Below, piece after piece: positions 13,344 to 26,377 of a DNA stretch of 64,000 nt (position 1 is its first letter; each line of letters begins with the position of its first letter). The notes under the pieces are model-generated. The model ran no database searches. It worked only from the letters and a program-made list of their open reading frames with translations, and had not been told where the DNA came from. The DNA comes from Eledone cirrhosa. Lineage: Eukaryota. Where the stretch lies: positions 14,322,001-14,386,000 of the forward strand of contig OZ024759.1 in the NCBI GenBank assembly GCA_964016885.1. The letters are read 5' to 3'. Made by a program: the position numbers and the translations under genes.

Positions 13344-13687
13344 GATAACTTTGATAACTTCGATAGGTTTCGGCCAGTATTGGCCCAGACCATGTCTAAC
13401 TTAATAGCACCACCTGGCGAAGTCTTACAAATCAGTGTTTAGGCACCATGGTCCACTCGAGCAGAGAGTTATTGTTTACGGCGGCATAACCGGGTGTAGG
13501 AGGCTTATCCTGGATTTCTTGAAGGAATTTATCCAAAGACTTCTTGAACTTGATGGGGTCTGTCTCTGCTTTGATGTGTTTTGGTGTAATGTTATAGAGT
13601 GCAGGGCCAATTGAGGTGAAATAATTGTGCCGTATTGTTGTTATGTCATGCGAGTGAGATTTTTGTCGTGGGCGGATAGCACGGGGA
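13337..13687 (-). mobile_element. CR1-like LINE 3' end with an (aagttatca)n tail
   Basis: The reverse strand reads 'RHNYFTSIGPALYNITPKHIKAETDPIKFKKSLDKFLQEIQDKPPTPGYAAVNNNSLLEW'. A second copy lies at 25174-25440. Confidence 0.75.
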
Positions 13688-13688
13688 T

Positions 13689-13745
13689 CTGATGAGGGCG
13701 TACTAAAGTTTTGGTACCCTTGAAATGAAATATATATAATAGAAT
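13689..13745 (+). ncRNA. Hammerhead motif (family of 23162-23220) with the 5' strand of stem I lost at the LINE junction
   Basis: CTGATGA-gggcgtactaaagttttggtaccctt-GAAA, followed by the same downstream sequence as the 23162 and 42021 copies. Confidence 0.55.
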
Positions 13746-13786
13746 AATTATGGTTTTATAAATATAATTTCCATTTATTTAATATC

Positions 13787-13827
<41 letters not shown>

Positions 13828-13829
<2 letters not shown>

Positions 13830-14101
13830 TTTATGCCAGGTTCAATCGGGGGTAACCACAGTAAGTAAAGTACTCAATACAAAGTAGAGTATAAATATTT
13901 AATATAAAAACGGCTTCAACAGGACTAGAACTGTTTCTTTTCTGGTGGTAGGATAGGGTGGTGATTTATCCAATCATCACCCTCTCCTACCACCAGAAAA
14001 GATATAGATACTACCATATTACTTGGACAGTCGGCTTCCTGATGAATTCTCCCGAATGAAACAGTTCTAGTCCTGTAGAAGCCATTTCTATATTAAATAT
14101 A
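13828..14101. mobile_element. Short Penelope-pLTR-like element with inverted duplication, between microsatellites
   Basis: 13895-13936 is the reverse complement of ~14058-14100. An internal hairpin spans 13936-14002. Same family as 56411-56612. Confidence 0.75.
14033..14083 (+). ncRNA. Complete type I hammerhead ribozyme
   Basis: Stem I ggcttc/gaagcc; CTGATGA; stem II attc-tccc-gaat; GAA; stem III acag-ttctagtc-ctgt; GUA cleavage triplet at 14075-14077. Confidence 0.9.
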
Positions 14102-14104
14102 TAT

Positions 14105-14159
<55 letters not shown>

Positions 14160-14169
14160 ATTAAATTAA

Positions 14170-15291
14170 CTCGAATATCGATTTTTGAGACGCGAGTGTA
14201 TTAGATTTCGTAGGAAAAGGGAAAAACTCGGCGTATGGAAGCTGTTAAAACAGCAAAATACCGTCGAAGTAGCATTGGGTAAACTATTACCTCGAAGGAC
14301 AGAGATCTGAAGAGCATATTTTAATGTTTGTGACATGTTCTCATTCATCCAATCTATTTCTTCATTCCTATCTTCTCTTATTTTCTTCGGGTTAACTCAC
14401 ATCGAGCCGTTGATCTCTGTCCTTCTAGGTAATATTTTACCCAACACCCGGATAAACGGGACGCCGTTTGGCGGACCGTTTTGCCGAACATTTGAGTGAC
14501 ATACGTCTCGGTTTGGATACTCTTGTCGCCCGTCATTTCTGTTCTTCTGGTCATTCTACCTTACATGTTTCAGTCCTGGGTGTCCTTTTACATCATGGAT
14601 CACAGGCCTCGCGCACCATGACTGAACAAAGTCTGATTCACCGCCTTGGGTCCTATACCCCTCTTGGACTCAACTCACCTCCCCAATTTCTCTAATACCC
14701 CGTCCATTATTACACCCCTAGATTCTTATCACTTTCTCTTGATCATTAACATCTTCTCTTACAACTAATACATGCCGACTATATATGCTCACTCCACTTT
14801 TCCCTTCACTGCTCTGTATACACACATACACACCCTTATATTAACATACTTTTGCTCATAGCTTCGTACTTACACGCACATACACTCTTTTACTCACATA
14901 TACACACACATTTTTTCTTAACTTCGTACGGACATATAATAACACACACACACACATGCTTACGCACGTGCACAAGTATAGCTCTTTTTACAAAACGTTT
15001 TTTTTTTTTCATTTCAGGTAGACGCACTCTCATCCACTTTTCTAAAAAATAAATCATACACAAAACGCCAGCACCAACAGATGTCAACATGAATGGACCT
15101 GTTATTTTTATCTAAAGACATTTTTTCCAATTCCAACCTGCCCGTCCCCTCAATCTATCTTATTTCTCATTCTTTCTTCTGATGAAGGACTAGCGTCCGA
15201 AACGTTAAGACCCGCTTTCTGCTATATCAAGCGTTAACCTAATATATCCCTTCCATATACTGTACCGATTGTGTTGTTATTTCTGTTTACC

Positions 15292-15297
<6 letters not shown>
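14170..15297 (+). mobile_element. Penelope-like element 3' portion: GIY-YIG endonuclease remnant, 3' pLTR and short inverted 5' segment
   Basis: ORF 14468..14695 'LADRFAEHLSDIR...VARHF...H...EQSLIHRLGSYTPLGLN' matches the PLE GIY-YIG C-terminal half. An HHR lies at 15175. 14276-14308 is an inverted copy of 14412-14443. Confidence 0.85.
15175..15210 (+). ncRNA. Minimal PLE-type hammerhead ribozyme
   Basis: tctt-CTGATGA-a-ggac-tagc-gtcc-GAA-acgt-t-aaga, with a palindromic ACGT stem III. Confidence 0.85.
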
Positions 15298-15373
<76 letters not shown>

Positions 15374-15559
15374 ACACACACACACACACACATATATATG
15401 CGAAAAGTCAACAAGAAAAAACACCACAGGAGAACAATGCAGTACAATGACGATATACATTGATATAAGGAAATAGACTTTGCGTTTCGGACATGAGTCC
15501 TTCATTGAAAGATATTATGAGGGATAGCAGAAAAACCACTCTAACCATCTGCTCAGGAC

Positions 15560-15689
15560 CTCCTCTGTAGTTGTAGCAGTAATTATTGTTGTTCTTGTGG
15601 TAGTTGTTGATGCTGTAGTAGTTGTAGTTGTTTTTGGTGTTGTGGTTGCTGTCATAGTAATAGTAGCAATTCTTATTGTAACAATTGTG

Positions 15690-15723
<34 letters not shown>

Positions 15724-15837
15724 CAGTAGTAGCAATAGTAGCAGTAGCAGCAGTAGTAGTACTAGTAGTAGTATTAGCAGCAGGAGCGTTAACAGTAGTA
15801 GTAGTGACGTTAGTAGTCGTATAGCAGTAACAGCAGT

Positions 15838-15868
<31 letters not shown>

Positions 15869-15869
15869 A

Positions 15870-15920
<51 letters not shown>

Positions 15921-16378
15921 CAACAGCAGCAGCAGTAACAGCAGCAGCAGTAGTAGTAATAGCTGCAGCAGTAGTAGCAGTGCAGCAACAACAGCAGCAG
16001 CAGTAGTAGTATTAGTAGTAGTAGTAGCAACAGCAGTAGTAACAGCAGCAGTAGTAGTAGTAGTAGCAGTAGCATCAACAGCAGTAGTAGTAATAGTGGT
16101 AGTAGCAGTAGCAGCAGCAGTAGTAGTAGTAGTGGTAGTAGTAGCAGCAGCAGTAGTAGTAGTAGTAGCAGTAGCATCAACAGCAGTAGTAGTAATAATG
16201 GTAGTAGCAGTAGCAGCAGCAGTAGTAGTAGTAGTGGTAGTAGCAGCAGCAGCAGTAGTAGTAGTAGTAGCAGTAGCATCAACAGCAGTAGTAGTAATAG
16301 TGGTAGTAGCAGTAGCAGCAGCAGCAGTAGTGGTAGTAGCAGCAGTAGTAGTAGTAGTAGTTGCTGTTGTTGTTGTAA
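15560..16378. repeat. (TAG/CAG)n compound microsatellite
   Basis: Direct inspection. Confidence 0.95.
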
Positions 16379-17008
16379 AGGGTCCGTTGCTTGATGTCTG
16401 TTGCAGCTGCCTTACATAATTACATAGGGCATGCGTTAAGTTACTTAGCTAGCTTGCTACAGAAGGGGCGGACCCATAACAAACCATTTACTCTTTTACC
16501 TTTTGTCTTTGCGGATTTTAAGGGTTTTTGTCCTTGCCAAATATTCTTTGGGTTTACATTTTTTCAGTTTACTGCTTCATTAGATTCAAAAAGTATCCCT
16601 TTAGAATTAAAAAAACGGGGGCAAAAAGGTAGGAGGGGTAAAGAAGAAGAAAACATGAAAAAAGGGAGAAAATTAGAGGACGGAGTCGAACCCTTTTCCT
16701 CTCCCCTAACCTCTGTGTCTTCTTTCTTCTGTACCCTGCACATTGCACACTCCGACACAATCGAATCCCGCCAGCTTCTCTCAGTTTATGTGGTTATATG
16801 TGTGTAAATGTATGTGTGTGTGTGTGCGTGTGTGTGTCTGTGTGTGGGTAATGATGTATGTATGTATGTATGTATGTATGTATGTATGTATGTATGTATG
16901 TATGTATGTATGTATGTATGTATGTATGTATGTATGTGTGCGTGTATGTATATACACACACCTATATATACATATATACATATATACATACACACACACA
17001 CATATATT

Positions 17009-17040
<32 letters not shown>

Positions 17041-17122
17041 TACATATATATATATACATATGTATATATATATGTGTATATATATATATATGTCTGTATG
17101 CATGTGTGTGCGTGTGTGAGTT

Positions 17123-17177
<55 letters not shown>

Positions 17178-17519
17178 TTTGATATACCTTTGTTGTAATC
17201 TTGTTTTTCTTTCTTTCCCTCCTCATATATTCATTAAAGCGACTCTCCCTGACTGTCTGTCTGTCCGCCTGTCTATCTGTCCGTCTGCCTCTCTATCTGT
17301 ACGTCTGGTTCTCTATCTGTCCGTCAGTCTCTCTATACATCTGTCTGTCTGTCTGTCTACCTGTTTCTAAGTATGCGTCTCATTCTCAGATAATGTACGA
17401 GAATATGCGAGACTTAAGTGGTGAATTGACAGAGTTGTTAGAACGTCAGATAGAATGCTTTGTGGTATTTGCTCCGCCAAGTTTAAAGTATACAAAACAC
17501 GGCGCTCAATACGACTGCA

Positions 17520-17705
17520 TCAGGAGTTGGAATGGCTCCTTCAGCGCATCTTCCTTAACATCATCCGGGGAAACGCCTTCTCCATTCTGTTCAGCGGGGA
17601 TGTGGGGAGGCCAGCACGTGGGACCCCATTTGCTCACCATACGGAGATATGGGGAGGGTGAGAGAGATGGAGGCGATGCCAGTGGGAGTTCGGCTCTTCC
17701 ACGTT
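17520..17705 (+). mobile_element. CRE-like element 3' end
   Basis: 'ELEWLLQRIFLNIIRGNAFSILFS' plus a 3' UTR homologous to 680-860. Confidence 0.8.
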
Positions 17706-17887
17706 CGGACCATATCCTTGCGGTTGTGGGTACATACAGTTATGGCGGCGCCGTTATGATATACGGCGTTTCTAGAGTATTTTAAAACATGGTGGAGCCC
17801 ATCCCTCTCCAGGTCTGAGCACAGTAAATTTCTTTCAGAGAACGATAGAGAGCGAGAGAAAGGAAGTGAGAAAGAGATATAAAGAAA

Positions 17888-17998
17888 TAAACGACCCAGT
17901 ACTAGATTGGTACTTTTATTTATTGATCTCGAAAGACGAAAAGCAAAATTGACCTCGGCAGGATTTGAACTCAGAGAGCAGAAGCCGGAACGAATACC
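17888..17998 (-). mobile_element. tRNA-derived SINE fragment, followed by a 21-bp minisatellite (to ~18135)
   Basis: cctcggcaggatttgaactcaga, then units of tcattgaggg.ttttggtggtc. Confidence 0.7.
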
Positions 17999-18184
17999 GT
18001 CATTGAGGGTTTTGTTGGTCTCATTGAGGGCATTGGTGATCTCATTGAGGCTTTTGGTGGTCTCATTGAGGGTGAGGGTGGACTTATTGAGGGTCTTGGT
18101 GGCCTTATTGAGGGACCTTGTGGAATCATTGGGTTTGCTATTTCTGTTCTGAGTCTCTGGTGTCGATGGCAGGTGGAATCTTCA

Positions 18185-18215
<31 letters not shown>

Positions 18216-18391
18216 GATCATTCGGTAGGTCTAATGTTGGAGTTTTCATGGTGAGCCCTTAATCCGGGTGGAAATAAGGTTTTCGTTTTTTTATATATCC
18301 GGCGTTTGTAGCTGCTAAACAAATTATTTCTTCAGTGGCACCAAAATGTTAGCTCGGGGTTTCCTGTTGCATACTTATATACGCACAAGTA

Positions 18392-18460
<69 letters not shown>

Positions 18461-18502
18461 GGAAATATACACGGGTGTGTATGATTGTGTATAGAAGATT
18501 AT

Positions 18503-18852
18503 ATTAATAAAAGGAATTCCAACTTTGTCTCATTTACTCGTTTTATTTACAATCCTTTAAAATTTAAAATGGAATTAGAATGAAATAGTATGGTAGAATA
18601 TTAAATGTTAAGTGTTAATTGAACAAGTACTTTCATGCTTTCGCAATCTTCAGGTTCATAATGTGTGGTGACAGTCAAGTTTGCAATTTTCAACAGTTGA
18701 AAATTGCAAACTTGACTGTCACCACACATTATGAACCTGAAGATTGCGAAAGCATGAAAGTAATATTCTACCATACTAATTCCATTTTAAATTTTAAAGG
18801 ATTGTAAATAAAACGAGTAAATGAGACAAAGTTGGAATTCCTTTTATTAATA
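18503..18852. repeat. Long fold-back palindrome (centre 18695) of an HHR-bearing element
   Basis: The arms are reverse complements apart from two deletions in the right arm. Flanked on the right by (TA)n. Confidence 0.9.
18620..18658 (-). ncRNA. Minimal hammerhead ribozyme
   Basis: Reverse strand: tgaac-CTGAAGA-ttgc-gaaa-gcat-GAA-agtact-t-gttca. Palindromic stem III AGTACT; GNRA-capped stem II. Confidence 0.8.
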
Positions 18853-19023
18853 TATATATATATTTATACATATATATATATACATATATATATATTCAAT
18901 TACACACGCAAACAAATAGACACATGCATAGATATGCACAAACACAAATACCGATACACATACTCACACACTTACAAATATACACAGGCACACACACACA
19001 CATTTATATATATATATATTTAT

Positions 19024-19089
<66 letters not shown>

Positions 19090-20003
19090 ACACACATATA
19101 TATATACACACGGACACGCACTCATATATATACAAACACACACACACACACATAGACAGATACACACCACAGTCACACACACACATACACAGGCACACAC
19201 ACACTCACACATATATACGGACACACATGCAACCGTCCCCAAACCTCCGAAGTGTTGGAGGCACACACCCTCACAACCCGCCAAATTTCAACCTTAAAAT
19301 GATGATGGCGGGCGTGGGGGAAACTAGAGAGAGGACCAGTGTTGTATTAGAATAATAGGGTGGAGGCAAACATGTTTATAGTAACTCCTTGACGTAAATA
19401 AAGGGAGCATGGTTAAGATCAAGGGCCTGTTTGTTTCGGGGTGGGGGTAGGAGATGGAACGAAGGAGGGGCTGACTTTTTTGTTCTATATGAGAGGCGGT
19501 GGGAGGTGTTGCAGTGTTTGAGTCTGTATAAGTCTGAGGGTGGAGTGGGGTGGGGGTGGGGGCTGAGAATTTGTTGTGTGTATGAGGGTGTGTGTGTGTG
19601 GGGGGGGGGGGGCGTATGGAAAGATGGAAGGTGAGATGACGAGGGTAGATGAGTTGGTGTAGTGTGGTGCGGGGCTTGTGCATTCCCGTGTATGTATGTA
19701 TGTATGTATGTCTCTCTCAGTACACACATACACACACACGAACACACACGCACATAACACACACACACACATATATATATATGCATACACATATACACAC
19801 ACGCACACGCACAAACACTTATTTACATACACACAAATAAATATGTGTGATAACGTATACACATACCTATATATTCATATGCATAAGTGTATATATGCAT
19901 ATATAAATGATATATATATGCATATATATATAAATAATATATATATATGTATATATATATATATGTGTGTATATATATATATATATATGTATGTATATAT
20001 ATA

Positions 20004-20049
<46 letters not shown>

Positions 20050-20072
20050 AATATATATATATATATTATGTA

Positions 20073-20144
<72 letters not shown>

Positions 20145-20179
20145 TATATATACATATATATACATATATATATACACAC

Positions 20180-20346
<167 letters not shown>

Positions 20347-20471
20347 TGTGTGTGAGTGTGTATGTGTGTGTATGTATTATATATATATACTGTATATAAA
20401 TATATGCAGATACATATATACATATCTATCTCTCTATACACATACACACACACACGTACGCACACACACGT

Positions 20472-20569
<98 letters not shown>

Positions 20570-21692
20570 ACACATACGCATATATAAGATGTATGTGTGT
20601 GTTTAATGCTATCAATATTCGGGGTAGATGGTATCAGCAATATTAACGGGTGGATTGTCAGCTGACCAGACACTGATGGAAGCTGACATCTCATTCAACA
20701 TCTCATATATCATAGGTACATACTACCTACTTAACTACCACTGTGGTAGGGGTGGTGGTAGAGGGGTAGTGGTGGTGGTAGTGGTGGTGGGGTTGGTGGT
20801 GGTGGGGTTGGTGGTAGAGGGGTAGTGGTTGTGGTGGTAGTGGTTGTGGTGGGGTTGGTGGTAGAGGGGTAGTGGTGGTGGTAGTGGTTGTGGTGGTAGT
20901 GGTGGTGGGGTTGGTGGTAGAGAGGTAGTGGTGGTGGTGGTAGTGGTGGTGGGGTTGCTGGTAGAGGGGTAGTGGTGGTGCTAGTGGTTGTGGTGGTAGT
21001 GGTGGTGGGGTTGGTGGTAGAGGGGTAGTTGTGGTGGTGGTAGTGGTGGTGGGGTTGGTGGTAGAGGGGTAGTGGTGGTGGTAGTGGTTGTGGTGGTAGT
21101 GATGGTGGGGTTGGTGGTAGAGAGGTAGTGGTGGTGGTAGTGGTTGTGGTGGTAGTGGTGGCGGTAGTGGTGCTGGTGGTGGTGTTGGTAGAGTGGTGGT
21201 AGTGGTTGTGGTGGGGTTGGTGGTAGAGTGGTGGTTGTGGTGGTAGTGGAGATAGTGGTGGTGGTGGTGGTAGTGGAGGTAGTGGTGGTGGTGGTGGTAG
21301 TGGTGGTGGTGTGTGGGGGGGGGGGGTAGTGGTGGTGGTAGTGGAAGTGATGGGGATGTTATTAATGATGATGATGTTGATTATAATGATGATGATGACA
21401 ATGATGGTGATGATGATGATGACGATGATGATGACGATGCGGATGATGATGATGACAATGATGATGATCATGACGATGATTATGATGACGGCGGATGGTA
21501 GATATAAATGAAGTAACGGCGGCTCTGTGAATGACTTCGAGGCAAAAGCTTCATGCGTGTGTGTGTGTGTGTGCTCGGGTGTATGTGTGCATGTGTTTGT
21601 ATGTTTGAATGTGTGTGTGTGTGTGTGTGTGTGTTTGAATGTACCTTTACACACACACACACACACACACACACAAATATGTATACATATAC

Positions 21693-21724
<32 letters not shown>

Positions 21725-21784
21725 ATGCATATATATATTATATATATATATACATATGTGAGTATGTATATATACATATACTTG

Positions 21785-21864
<80 letters not shown>

Positions 21865-21886
21865 TATTTATATATGCACATGTATG

Positions 21887-21979
<93 letters not shown>

Positions 21980-22245
21980 GAGTATGTGCATGTGTGAGTG
22001 TATTTGTATATGTGTGATAAGAATAGGGGTTTGGGTAGGGATGGTGGTGAGATCATTTGAAGATGACAATGGTACTGTCCAGGTGCTGTAAAGTCACAGC
22101 AACGGAGTCTGTGTGTCGTTTGTCGTTAGAGTGCTAGGCTTGCTCCAGTCATCCGGAAAAACAAGAGACAAGACAACACACCCATCAACTTAAAGAACCA
22201 ATCAACCAAACAGACAGACTGACAAACTGACAGACAGATAAACGG

Positions 22246-22368
<123 letters not shown>

Positions 22369-22581
22369 CTCTGTCTCTCTCTCTCCACACACACATACAT
22401 ATATGTGTGTGTGTGTGTGTATGTGTGTACAACTCACAAAAACAAGATGGTGTAGGACAGAACAAAGGAGTGTCACATAATAACAAATTAGTCACTGAGG
22501 AGGTCACGGAATGTGTGACGAAAGAGTTATGACAATAAAGAAATGAACTACCATCCGGTTATTAAACTAACCAACTACAAA

Positions 22582-22633
<52 letters not shown>

Positions 22634-22699
22634 GTTAGAAACTCAGAGTAGTCTCTTACAATTAAATAGCTCTAAGAAAAAGGCTTTTCCGAGCCGTAT

Positions 22700-23103
22700 A
22701 AATTAATTGCATAAACAAGAGAGATGAACACTAATATAAACATACATGTATTCGAATCGTAAGGACCAAGTTTGCTAGGCTGAAAAAATACTAACTACAG
22801 CAATATGATTTGTCAGACTTAATTTTAAATATTTAAAATAATTTCTCAACAACTACTGAGGAGCAGAGAAAAGAGTGGACTTCACTTAATAAGATGTTGC
22901 GAAACAGTCTCCAAAACTGTCTAGTTGTTACCCCAGGCGATTGCCCAATATAGGTCTGTTATTTTTCTTAATTTAATATTTAAAATTAAGACTGACAAAC
23001 CATATTGCCGTAGTTAGTATTTTTTCACCCTAGCAAACTTGGTCCTTACGATTCGAACACATGTATGTTTATATTAGTGTTCATCTCTTTTGTGTATTCA
23101 ATT
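22700..23103. repeat. Inverted repeat (~135-bp diverged arms) enclosing a hammerhead, between (TA)n tracts
   Basis: ~22700-22836 is the reverse complement of ~22975-23103. Confidence 0.85.
22848..22929 (+). ncRNA. Complete type I hammerhead ribozyme
   Basis: Stem I aacaacta/tagttgtt (8 bp); CTGAGGA; stem II gca...tgc; GAA; stem III acag-tctccaaaa-ctgt; GUC triplet ending at 22921. Confidence 0.88.
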
Positions 23104-23161
23104 ATATATATATATAACAATGATATTAATAAATGGAAACTATATTTACAAAACCATATTT

Positions 23162-23220
23162 ATTTTATTATATATATTTCAAGGGTACCAAAATGTTGGT
23201 ACGCTCTCATCAGATAAAAT
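23162..23220 (-). ncRNA. Hammerhead ribozyme with palindromic (AT)4 stem III
   Basis: Reverse strand: attttat-CTGATGA-gagcgtaccaa-catt-ttggtaccctt-GAA-atatatat-a-ataaaat. Confidence 0.82.
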
Positions 23221-24593
23221 TTGTTTTATAAATGGTGACATACCCAAGAAACCAGACCTTATCGGTTCAGGTTCAGTTTGGATAGTGAAAGAAAAATTTT
23301 AAATCTTTAGGATGAATATGTAAATGAGGTTGAAACGTAAGGCTGAAAAAAGATCGTTATATTTAGACGCTAGGTAAATTTAAATAATTATTAGGATAAT
23401 TTATAAATGGAAGAAGAAAGAAAAAAAAGAAAAAAAACAGAGGCTATTATTAATATTAGTGTGTAAGAAAATTTAAGGAATGATTATAAGAACAAATTAT
23501 AGTTAGAAATACACTATTATTATTAAGAGAAAATTGTATGGATCATATCAGTGATATTCTTTTTAATGGTTTTCAATGGTATTTTGAAATATATCTTTTT
23601 TGTGATAATTTTGATAATGTTTCTAAATACACTTATGATGTCTGTAATAATATTTTTTCACTATATAGAATTTAACATGCATTGATGTAGATAATACTAT
23701 CTAAATACATATATAAAAGAATTCTCATCTTTGAAAACATCTAATATAAAATACCTTATAATCATATACAAAATAATATATTAAATTTTTCTACCTATAT
23801 TCCGCATATTTCTTAATTGAATATTTCTTTAAAAGTAAATTTTAGAATTAAATGACAAATGGAACAATTCTAAGAAATATTGGAGTTATCTTTTCCTTTA
23901 TAATATAACACGCTTAAACATTCCTTCTACGTAAAAACTTTACATAAATATTTATTTTCGTTGACTTAATAAATTTTTTGTGAATGTTTCCTATCTTGAT
24001 TGAATTATCTAAATGTACAAAATAATCTTCTCAAATAAAATTTATAACTACGTCCTTTTCTTAACTATATATTGAAAATGTAAACACAAAAATTCTTCGT
24101 AACCCTTAACATATAAAAAAGATTTAATTTATCTATTTAGTGAAAATAACAACATATATACTCACCAAAAATATTTATATAAATACTTATATAAATAACC
24201 CGTTGTAATATAATAAACTAAAATATACTTACAACCTTAAAATATACTTATAAATATAATCTATATAATATTATAACTCATGATTTGAATAGATCCAATA
24301 ATTTGTTGTATATCTCAATTTAAAAAAAAATTTAAATTGGTATTCTACCACTTCTACACATTCTTAACTCTCATATTATTTTATAGATACTACCAAAGTA
24401 TATAATTAAATAATTAAATATAATTATATGACTCTCTTTACTGGGTACTACGCGGAATCGCGTGACCTCTGTCGTTATCGAAATATGTATCACGGTCTTA
24501 TCAATAAAGAACTTTAACATCTAAACTACTTTGTATTTCTTTATTCTACTCTCTCTCTCTCTCCCTCTCTCTCTATATATATATATATATATA

Positions 24594-24897
24594 TTCACCG
24601 TATTTTTTAACTAAAGAAATTTTAGTCTGATAATGGGGTTTAGAACCCTCAGATAAATGGAAAAAGATGAGTATTGACGTACATGGGAGTCGAAGCCACA
24701 TCTTTGGTTATCCAGACCACTGTGCTACCATTTACACCAACACATCACCCTGTACGTCAATACTCATCTTTTTCCATTTATCTGAGGGTTCTAAACCCCA
24801 TTATCAGACTAAAATTTCTTTAGTAAAAAAATACGGTGAAAGCTATTCTATTTTCTAATTTCAAACCTGCTCACTGTTTCAAAACATATTTTACTTG

Positions 24898-24900
<3 letters not shown>
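24594..24900. repeat. Fold-back element: ~90-bp inverted arms plus a one-sided tail, in (TA)n
   Basis: 24594-24683 pairs with 24751-24840. The unique tail is 24841-24900. Confidence 0.85.
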
Positions 24901-24952
<52 letters not shown>

Positions 24953-25100
24953 ATAAGAGACGTATCTTAGGACCTTGTGATTTCAGAGTCAGGTTCGATC
25001 ATTACATCGATCGTGCCTCGAGCTGGTCGCCAGAGAAAAGATTGTAATATGTCTAATAAACTCTATTCGTCGCAACACTGATTCTCCGTTTCTTATGTGA

Positions 25101-25160
<60 letters not shown>

Positions 25161-25173
25161 AATATATATATAT

Positions 25174-25440
25174 ATTTCACCTCAATTGGTCCCGCTCTCT
25201 TTAACATTACAACAAAACACATTTAAACAGAAACAGATCCCATAAAATTTAAAAAGTCTTTGGACAAATTCCTCCAAGAGATCCTGGATAAACTTCATAC
25301 ACATGGATAAACAATAACTCTCAACTTGAATGGGCTATGATGTCCAATCCCGATTTGAAAGACCTCGCTAGGTAGTGCTATTAAGTTAGACATGGCTTGA
25401 TCCAATACTGGTCGAAATCTATCAAAATTAGCAACGTTAT
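25174..25440 (+). mobile_element. CR1-like LINE 3' end (diverged copy)
   Basis: Homologous to 13337-13625 (FTSIGPALFNIT...FKKSLDKFLQEI). Confidence 0.75.
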
Positions 25441-25721
25441 ATATAAAATATATCTTTATTTTGTATAGAAATTATTTCGGGTAAATATTGCTGCAATTCA
25501 ATTCCTAGGAACTACGGAGTATATTTAGAATAAGAAAATGTTTCAGATGTTGAAGTCCTTTATTTAGAATATTTAGAATAAGAAATAGTTTCAGATGTTG
25601 AAGTCCTTTATTGATAAGGCTGTGAACGAGCGAAGGCTTCAAGAACATCATCTTGGCCCGTTCCCTTGTGTCAATTTGGATTGCCTCGAGAATATAACCT
25701 TATTATATAAGAAGGTAAGAA

Positions 25722-25796
25722 GCTGTCTGATGAGCTCATGTCACTGGTTAGGCGGAATCGCGTGGCCACTGTCGTCATTGAAGTATATATCACAGC
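25722..25796 (+). ncRNA. Hammerhead motif (A15.1 changed to G) within an inverted-repeat element
   Basis: gctgt-CTGATGA-(46 nt)-GAA-gtatatat-c-acagc. A sister partial copy at 24440-24540 has GAAAtatgtatc. 25576-25624 is an inverted copy of 25790-25833. Confidence 0.6.
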
Positions 25797-25840
25797 CTTA
25801 TCAATAAAGGTCTTTAACATCCGAAACTACTTCGCATTGT

Positions 25841-25939
<99 letters not shown>

Positions 25940-25998
25940 TATATATATATATATATATATATAATATAAGATCAAAAGATGGTTAAAGGAGTTCCATA

Positions 25999-26069
25999 TA
26001 TTTTATTATGCGCATTTCAAAAACAAACATCATCATGCAATAATATCTGTGTTTTCGTCAGACAAAATA
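25999..26069 (-). ncRNA. Hammerhead ribozyme (mirror copy in the left arm)
   Basis: Reverse complement of 26186-26256. Confidence 0.8.
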
Positions 26070-26185
26070 GGAGAACATGATATGAAGGCTAAAAAACACT
26101 TGTGGATAGTGCAGTTTTAAATCAACATGTTGATTTAAAACTGCACTATCCACAAGTGTTTTTTAGCCTTCATATCATGTTCTCC

Positions 26186-26256
26186 TATTTTGTCTGACGA
26201 AAACACAGATATTATTGCATGATGATGTTTGTTTTTGAAATGCGCATAATAAAATA
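26186..26256 (+). ncRNA. Hammerhead ribozyme with palindromic stem III
   Basis: tattttgt-CTGACGA-aaacacagatatt...gatgtttgttttt-GAA-atgcgcat-a-ataaaata. Confidence 0.8.
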
Positions 26257-26377
26257 TATGGAACTCCTTTAACCATCTTTTGATCTTATATTATGCATAC
26301 TCCAGTCCCACAAACTGTAGAGTGCTTCCTATCCGATATCTGCATTGCTTTATTGTACTACAATAAAACTCACCTCC

